DNA of 19,417 nucleotides from a virus (Duplodnaviria; Heunggongvirae; Uroviricota; Caudoviricetes): IMG/VR virus record IMGVR_UViG_2690316241_000020; one strand, 5' to 3'. Shown piece by piece: positions 14,943 to 19,417 of this stretch (position 1 is its first letter; each line of letters starts with the position of its first letter). The notes under the pieces were generated by a model. It saw only the letters and a program-made list of their open reading frames with translations, ran no database searches and was not told where the DNA came from. The position numbers and the translations under genes were made by a program.

Positions 14943-15760
14943 AACTGGAAGATTTACCGAAATACTACTCCCCAAAATCCCTCGGCCTGACTGATGCATC
15001 GGCCTCAACGTCGAAAGATACGCTGAGTATCACTGATGTGATGGCCGCGCAGGGCATGACACAGAATTGGGCTGAGATGGGGTTTTCTGCGTTCCTTGGG
15101 AAAATGGGCATTAGTATGAATGACAGAGAGCGGGCAACAGAATTGCTGACAGAATATGCACTCAGTCGGTGTGATCGCGTGGCGGCGTTAAGAAAACTCC
15201 CGGCAGAAATAAAACCGGCAGTGATGCGTATTATGGCTTCGTATGCGTTTGAAGATTATGCCCGTAGCGCGGCGAGCAAAAAACAGTGCCCCTGTTGTCA
15301 CGGAAAAAAATTTATTGAAAGCGAGGTTTTTACAAACAAGATCCAGTATCCGGATGGTAAGCCGCCAGTGTGGGCAAAGTGCACAAAAGGCGTGTATCCG
15401 TCTTACTGGGAGGAATGGAAAAAAGTCAGGGAGGTGGTAAAAGTTGCCTGTCCGGAGTGTGGAGGGAAGGGAGAGGTATCCACTGCCTGTAAAGATTGTC
15501 GTGGGCGCGGTGTTGCCATTCATCGTGAAGAGTCGGTAAAACGTGGTATGCCTGTTATCAGAGACTGCCAGCGTTGTGGTGGTCGTGGCTATGAAAGATT
15601 ACCTTCAACGGAGGCATTTAATGCCATATGTAATGTAACCGATGCCATATCTCTTGATACATGGAAAAAAACAGTTAAACGTTTTTACGATACGCTGGTG
15701 GTGCAGTTTGATATTGAAGAAGCATGGGCAGAACAACAACTGAAAAAGGTGACCAGATAG
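14939..15760 (+). CDS. Q: Late-gene antiterminator Q (lambda Q family, with extra Cys-rich insertion)
   Basis: 273-aa ORF coupled to rusA (ATGA). Shares recalled lambda Q features (YSPKS..., TDVMAA, CxxC pairs, C-terminal YDTLVVQ). Immediately upstream of a PR'-like promoter. Confidence 0.85.
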   Translation: MKLEDLPKYYSPKSLGLTDASASTSKDTLSITDVMAAQGMTQNWAEMGFSAFLGKMGISMNDRERATELLTEYALSRCDRVAALRKLPAEIKPAVMRIMASYAFEDYARSAASKKQCPCCHGKKFIESEVFTNKIQYPDGKPPVWAKCTKGVYPSYWEEWKKVREVVKVACPECGGKGEVSTACKDCRGRGVAIHREESVKRGMPVIRDCQRCGGRGYERLPSTEAFNAICNVTDAISLDTWKKTVKRFYDTLVVQFDIEEAWAEQQLKKVTR

Positions 15761-15765
15761 CTTTG

Positions 15766-15793
15766 TTGATTTTTCCCGAATCTGTGGTAAATT
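15766..15793 (+). promoter_or_regulatory. Late promoter PR' with overlapping qut-like region
   Basis: -35 TTGATT (15766-15771), 16-nt spacer, extended -10 TGgTAAATT (15785-15793). The downstream GGTAAATTTGCCCTAACGATGGGCG closely resembles the lambda PR'/qut segment GGTAAATTTGACTCAACGATGGG as I recall it. Confidence 0.7.
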
Positions 15794-15841
15794 TGCCCTA
15801 ACGATGGGCGTTTTATGCCTGACGTTAGAAGATTTTTTACA

Positions 15842-15864
15842 CCCGTCGCCAGGCGGGTTTTTTT
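15842..15864 (+). terminator. tR'-like intrinsic terminator ending the short PR' leader transcript
   Basis: 6-bp stem CCCGTC / GGCGGG with GCCA loop, followed by seven T. A weaker hairpin plus T-run lies just upstream at 15798-15839. Confidence 0.75.
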
Positions 15865-15909
15865 ATGACTGAAATCACGCCAGTACAGTAAACGCGCTGG
15901 TGGTTGTGA

Positions 15910-16360
15910 ATACCGGTCTTTCAGCTTGCTGGCTTTTTCGACAAGAGTTATTGGTGTGTCACGTTAACCGGAAAAAGGAAAGTTTGAGAAACGCGATCTG
16001 GCACAGGCGGTTATTAATGCTGCCTACCTGGTGGCCTGTGCAGATGGTGAATGTGAGGCTTCCTAGAAAGCGAAGATCGAACAGGTACTGCGTAATCAGC
16101 CTGCGCTGTCCGCGTTTACGTCAGAAATTAATGCGATTAGCGCAACCATTATCGGTCAGCTGGATACGAACTTTAAAACTGGTCGTCGTGCGGCGTTACG
16201 TGAGATCGAGGATGTGAAACACGATACGCGTGAAGCGGAAGATGTGCTGGATGTGGCGGTGGCCATTGCGGAGGCAGACGGCGAAATTGAGCCGGAAGAG
16301 CGCAAGGTGCTGGAAGAGATTGCCGGTGTTCTGGGTCTTCGTCTGGAGAATCACCTGTGA
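15910..16360 (+). pseudogene. Decayed TerB-like (tellurite-resistance TerB family) gene
   Basis: Frame 2 from 15968 reads PEKGKFEKRDLAQAVINAAYLVACADGECEAS*KAKIEQVL...VAIAEADGEIEPEERKVLEEIAGVLGLRLENHL, with in-frame TAG at 16064-16066. The likely N-terminus (..AGFFDKS..) is in another frame, changing in the A-run at 15971-15983. No start codon. Confidence 0.55.
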
Positions 16361-16488
16361 CGGTAAAACTGCGCCTGGCTGTGGCTGCACTCCTGCTGTT
16401 TCTGGTGGTGATGGTGGATTTCACCAGCAGAATCATGTCGGTGCTGGCGGATGGGGTGCTGGTCTGCGGCATTGTGGTATTGCTGTAG
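16357..16488 (+). CDS. Candidate 43-aa hydrophobic small ORF downstream of the TerB-like remnant
   Basis: GTG at 16357 overlaps the TerB-frame stop (GTGA), with GGAG eight nt upstream; internal ATGs at 16411 and 16435. Encodes MTVKLRLAVAALLLFLVVMVDFTSRIMSVLADGVLVCGIVVLL. Expression uncertain because the upstream gene is degenerate. Confidence 0.3.
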   Translation: MTVKLRLAVAALLLFLVVMVDFTSRIMSVLADGVLVCGIVVLL

Positions 16489-16685
16489 CCGGTGATAAAA
16501 AGAAACAGCCTGCATAATGCTTGATTTTTTTATTTGCTGTTTATTAAAAATACTACTGCATGGTGAATCCCCCTGTGCGGAGGGGCAATCAGCAAGTAGG
16601 TATATGTGATAATCGCGGATTCAGGTGCTGATACTGAATTCACCGGGAGGCACCCGGCACCATGCAAGAAAAAGAATGTGCATGC

Positions 16686-16716
16686 AAAAATGCCCCTCTC
16701 CGGAGGGGCATTTTTT
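16686..16716 (+). terminator. Strong intrinsic terminator, potentially bidirectional
   Basis: 8-bp G/C-rich stem TGCCCCTC / GAGGGGCA with TCCG loop, then TTTTTT; an A-run (16686-16690) precedes it. Confidence 0.7.
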
Positions 16717-16721
16717 ATGGG

Positions 16722-16747
16722 TAAAAAATGCCCGAATGGGTTCGGGC
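16722..16747 (-). terminator. Minus-strand-oriented intrinsic terminator
   Basis: Stem GCCCGAA / TTCGGGC with 4-nt loop. The flanking A-run at 16723-16728 becomes a U-tract only on the minus strand. Confidence 0.5.
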
Positions 16748-16930
16748 AATAGCATGAGATACTGATATTGTTGTGTTGTTATCGTGTGGATTTTAACCAG
16801 GGTTTATCAGGCTGCGCAACTGCGTGGCCTTCTTCATTTCTTGGGCTGTAGTCCCCGTGTGTCATTCAGGCTTCCGGACTACAGCCCACTCCATATCTGA
16901 TTTAATACACTATCCCGGCCGGGAGGAATA

Positions 16931-18781
16931 ATGACATTTAAACATTATGATGTTGTCAGGGCGGCGTCGCCGTCAGACCTTGCGGAAAAGCTGACACACA
17001 AACTGAAAGAGGGCTGGCAGCCGTTTGGTAGTCCGGTGGCCATAACCCCTTATACCCTGATGCAGGCGATTACAGCAGAAGGTGATGTGGTGGTCAGTGG
17101 TGCAACTGAGCCGGATTGGTACTACGTCATCGTACTGGCCGGGCAGTCCAATGCCATGGCTTACGGTGAAGGGCTTCCGCTGCCGGATTCATACGATGCT
17201 CCGGATCCGCGCATTAAACAGCTGGCGCGCCGCAGTACAGTGACGCCGGGTGGGGCTGCCTGCAGATATAACGATATTATTCCGGCCGACCACTGCCTGC
17301 ATGATGTGCAGGATATGAGTACGCTGAATCATCCGAAGGCAGACCTGAGCAAAGGGCAGTACGGCTGTGTCGGCCAGGGCTTACATATTGCCAAAAAACT
17401 GCTTCCGTATATCCCGAATAACGCGGGGATCCTGCTGGCACCATGCTGTCGTGGTGGTTCGGCATTCACCCAGGGCGCGGAGGGGACATTCAGTGCGGAC
17501 ACGGGGGCCAGCCAGGATTCGGCACGCTGGGGTGTGGGTAAACCGTTATATCAGGACCTGATTGCGCGCACTAAAGCTGCATTACAGAAGAACCCGAAAA
17601 ATGTGTTGCTGGCGGTGTGCTGGATGCAGGGAGAGTTTGACATGAGCGCCGCCACCTACGCACAGCAACCTGCGCTGTTTACAGCCATGCTGAAGCAGTT
17701 TCGTGCTGACCTCACTGTGTTTAACGCGCAGTGTCATGGTGGCAGTGCTGTAAATGTGCCGTGGATTTGTGGTGACACGACGTATTACTGGAAAAATACA
17801 TACGCTACCCAGTACGACACCGTGTACGGCGGGTATAAAAACAGGGAGAGTGAGGGCGTTTATTTTGTGCCCTTCATGACAGACGGTAACGGCGTCAATA
17901 CCGCCACTAACGCGCCGGCAGAAGATCCGGATATTCCGGCATCAGGATATTACGGTGCGGCATCGAGAACGAATGGAAACCAGGTATCATCAAACCGCCC
18001 GACACATTTCAGTTCATGGGCGCGCAGGAGCATTATTCCGGATCGTCTGGCAACCGCTATTCTGAACGCAGCCGGGCGCACCTCAGCCTTCATCAGTGGT
18101 AAGGCACCGGAAATCAAACCCTCGCCCGGCGGCAACACGCCATCGGGTCCGTCTGCAGATACGTCCGTTCGCACAATCTCCCTGCTGCCGGCAGCCGGAG
18201 AGGCTGCTGCGCAGGGCTGGAGCATTAAGGATGGCGGAATTCAGTTGTCAGATGGTGTATTTAAGATCACCAAGCAGAGCAATAAAACCTGGTCCCTGAC
18301 GCATCCGGTGGATGACGCAATTACCCTGCTGACACAGGGCGGCAGACTGACCTGTAAGTTCCGCCTGTCAGGCGCACTGACCAACAATCAGTTCGGGCTG
18401 GGGATTTATCTGTATACGGATGCTCCCGTTCCTGATGGTGTGGCGATGACGGGTACCGGTAATCCGTTCCTGATGTCGTACTTCACTCAGACCACTGACG
18501 GCAGAGTGAATCTGATGCATCACAGGAAAGCCGGAAACACGAAGCTGGGGGAGTTCGGCGATTACGGTAACGACTGGCAGACGCTGGAGCTGGTGTTCAC
18601 CGCCGGCAGTGCCACGGTTACTCCGAAACTGAATGGAGTGGCTGGCCCGGCATTCCAGGTTATAAAAGACAGTCTGACACTGGGACTGAATGCGCTGACG
18701 CTGACGGATGTTACAAAAAATGCAGCGTATGGCGTTGAGATAGAAAGTCTGGTGCTGGAGATAAATGCACCGGCAGCATAA
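16931..18781 (+). CDS. nanS-p: NanS-p-like sialate O-acetylesterase (N-terminal DUF1737-like region plus SGNH/SASA esterase domain)
   Basis: 616-aa ORF, ATG at 16931 with GGGAGG Shine-Dalgarno. Esterase-type block VIVLAGQSNAMAYGEG. Lies between the Q/PR' region and the holin, where Stx-type phages carry nanS-p; assignment from memory. Confidence 0.7.
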   Translation: MTFKHYDVVRAASPSDLAEKLTHKLKEGWQPFGSPVAITPYTLMQAITAEGDVVVSGATEPDWYYVIVLAGQSNAMAYGEGLPLPDSYDAPDPRIKQLARRSTVTPGGAACRYNDIIPADHCLHDVQDMSTLNHPKADLSKGQYGCVGQGLHIAKKLLPYIPNNAGILLAPCCRGGSAFTQGAEGTFSADTGASQDSARWGVGKPLYQDLIARTKAALQKNPKNVLLAVCWMQGEFDMSAATYAQQPALFTAMLKQFRADLTVFNAQCHGGSAVNVPWICGDTTYYWKNTYATQYDTVYGGYKNRESEGVYFVPFMTDGNGVNTATNAPAEDPDIPASGYYGAASRTNGNQVSSNRPTHFSSWARRSIIPDRLATAILNAAGRTSAFISGKAPEIKPSPGGNTPSGPSADTSVRTISLLPAAGEAAAQGWSIKDGGIQLSDGVFKITKQSNKTWSLTHPVDDAITLLTQGGRLTCKFRLSGALTNNQFGLGIYLYTDAPVPDGVAMTGTGNPFLMSYFTQTTDGRVNLMHHRKAGNTKLGEFGDYGNDWQTLELVFTAGSATVTPKLNGVAGPAFQVIKDSLTLGLNALTLTDVTKNAAYGVEIESLVLEINAPAA

Positions 18782-18782
18782 T

Positions 18783-18829
18783 AAAAAAAGAGCCAGCGAC
18801 TGACCTGAAAGAAGACGCTGGCTAAAAGG
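18783..18829 (-). other. Hairpin unit A (8-bp stem AGCCAGCG / CGCTGGCT, 17-nt loop), terminator-like on the minus strand
   Basis: Seven A on the plus strand precede the stem, giving a U-tract after the hairpin on the minus strand. Lies directly after the nanS-p stop. Confidence 0.4.
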
Positions 18830-18930
18830 CCTTATATGTTTGTAGAGACTTATTTTTCACAGACAGCAATGATGCCTGTCAATATATTATCAATATGCGG
18901 ATTGTTTCAGTTACAGATGCTTTATTAAGG

Positions 18931-18973
18931 AAAAAAACAGCCAGCACTGACTTTCGGTGGAGAGGTGCTGGCT
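18931..18973 (-). other. Hairpin unit B (9-bp stem AGCCAGCAC / GTGCTGGCT, 17-nt loop), a diverged copy of unit A
   Basis: Same architecture as unit A, 148 bp downstream, again with a 7-A run on the plus-strand 5' side. Confidence 0.4.
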
Positions 18974-19228
18974 CAGAAGGATAGTTGGATTTCACATGAT
19001 ACTTATGCCTGGCGGTATATTTTCTGACAGACAGTGACGGGTGTTGTCAAGATATTGTGTCATTTATAACCTGAATCAGGGGAGGCCGGAATGTTATCTG
19101 GCATTTTTAGCAGAGCCTGAATGCCATAATCACGGCTCCCGGAGTTGGCCGTCAGTGGGTGACACTGGCGGTTTTTTTGTTTTTCTTTACTTTCATTTTC
19201 TGTCGGCGGTGACGGAGACATACATCAG

Positions 19229-19417
19229 ATGGAAAAAATCACAACAGGTGTGTCATACACCACGTCAGCGGTGGGGACGGGATACTGGTTACTGCAGCTG
19301 CTGGACAAAGTCTCTCCGTCCCAGTGGGTGGCAATCGGTGTGCTGGGGAGTCTGCTGTTTGGCCTGCTGACGTATCTGACTAACCTTTATTTCAAGATTA
19401 AAGAAGATAAGCGTAAG
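19229..19417 (+). CDS. S: S21-type pinholin (class II holin), 3'-truncated by the window end
   Basis: ATG at 19229 with GGAG upstream. [63 protein letters not shown] is very close to the phage 21 S21 / Stx-phage holin as recalled. The track ORF 19041..19370 is in the wrong frame. Confidence 0.85.
   Translation, partial: MEKITTGVSYTTSAVGTGYWLLQLLDKVSPSQWVAIGVLGSLLFGLLTYLTNLYFKIKEDKRK

Larger units (their letters stand above)
1..19417. mobile_element. Lambdoid prophage segment (integrase through holin); extends beyond both window edges
   Basis: Canonical lambdoid gene order on the expected strands: int-xis-exo, repressor/cro, replication genes, rusA, Q, PR'/tR', holin. Mosaic of Rac-like, Qin-like, lambda-like and Stx-phage-like modules. 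Confidence 0.9.

Noticed and set aside
15900-16517. Track ORFs 15900..16217 (+), 16230..16517 (+), 16173..16472 (-), 16196..16390 (-)
   Set aside because: They are out of frame with the clearly TerB-like translation and read as Arg/Trp-rich nonsense. Only the frame-1 hydrophobic micro-ORF downstream of the TerB stop was kept, as a low-confidence candidate.
16662-16724. 20-codon ORF (MQEKECACKNAPLRRGIFYG) running into the 16691-16716 terminator; possible attenuator leader peptide
   Set aside because: The Shine-Dalgarno is buried in a CCGGG...CCCGG hairpin, there is no amino-acid-specific codon run and no alternative antiterminator structure was evident. Too speculative.
18854-19050. Minus-strand promoters (TTGACA at 18882-18877 and 19050-19045) driving sRNAs that end at hairpin units A and B
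   Set aside because: Perfect -35 hexamers exist, but the corresponding -10 positions read TGAAAA and TCAGAA, so promoter calls are not supportable. The units are reported as findings without promoter features.
19041-19370. 109-aa track ORF overlapping the holin region
   Set aside because: Wrong frame. The frame starting at 19229 gives a near-perfect S21-type pinholin sequence.
1-19417. tRNA genes, CRISPR arrays, IS elements
   Set aside because: No T-loop/acceptor-stem patterns and no regularly spaced short repeats with unique spacers were seen. Notably, the tRNA genes often found between Q and the late cargo in Stx phages are absent.

Overview
This 19.4-kb window is one continuous slice of a lambdoid prophage from an Escherichia/Shigella-type genome, running from the integrase to the first lysis gene. 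All calls rest on reading the sequence and the ORF track plus recalled family knowledge; no searches were run. The window starts exactly at the int stop codon, so the att boundary lies just to the left. Minus-strand early-left arm: int, xis, a large exonuclease with a DEDDh 3'-5' exonuclease C-terminus, and a complete Qin-like division-inhibition operon (ydfA, ydfB, ydfC, an extra 124-aa ORF, DicF sRNA, dicB, ydfD). Immunity region: a CI-like HTH/S24 repressor (with Ala where the catalytic Ser is expected) divergent from a Cro-like gene, with three GTAAC-N4-GTTAC palindromes. Plus-strand early-right arm: YdaT-like gene, replication initiator with embedded 15-bp iterons, DnaC-like loader, six hypothetical genes, two hydrophobic micro-ORFs, a hok-family toxin, a DUF968/HNH-like protein, RusA and a lambda-family Q. 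Late region: PR'/qut-like promoter with a short terminated leader, then a cargo slot holding a decayed TerB-like gene and strong hairpins, a NanS-p-like esterase, two tandem hairpin units, and an S21-type pinholin cut by the window end. The most likely place for something undescribed is the cargo slot and the structured non-coding DNA flanking nanS-p. No rRNA, tRNA, CRISPR array or IS element was seen.
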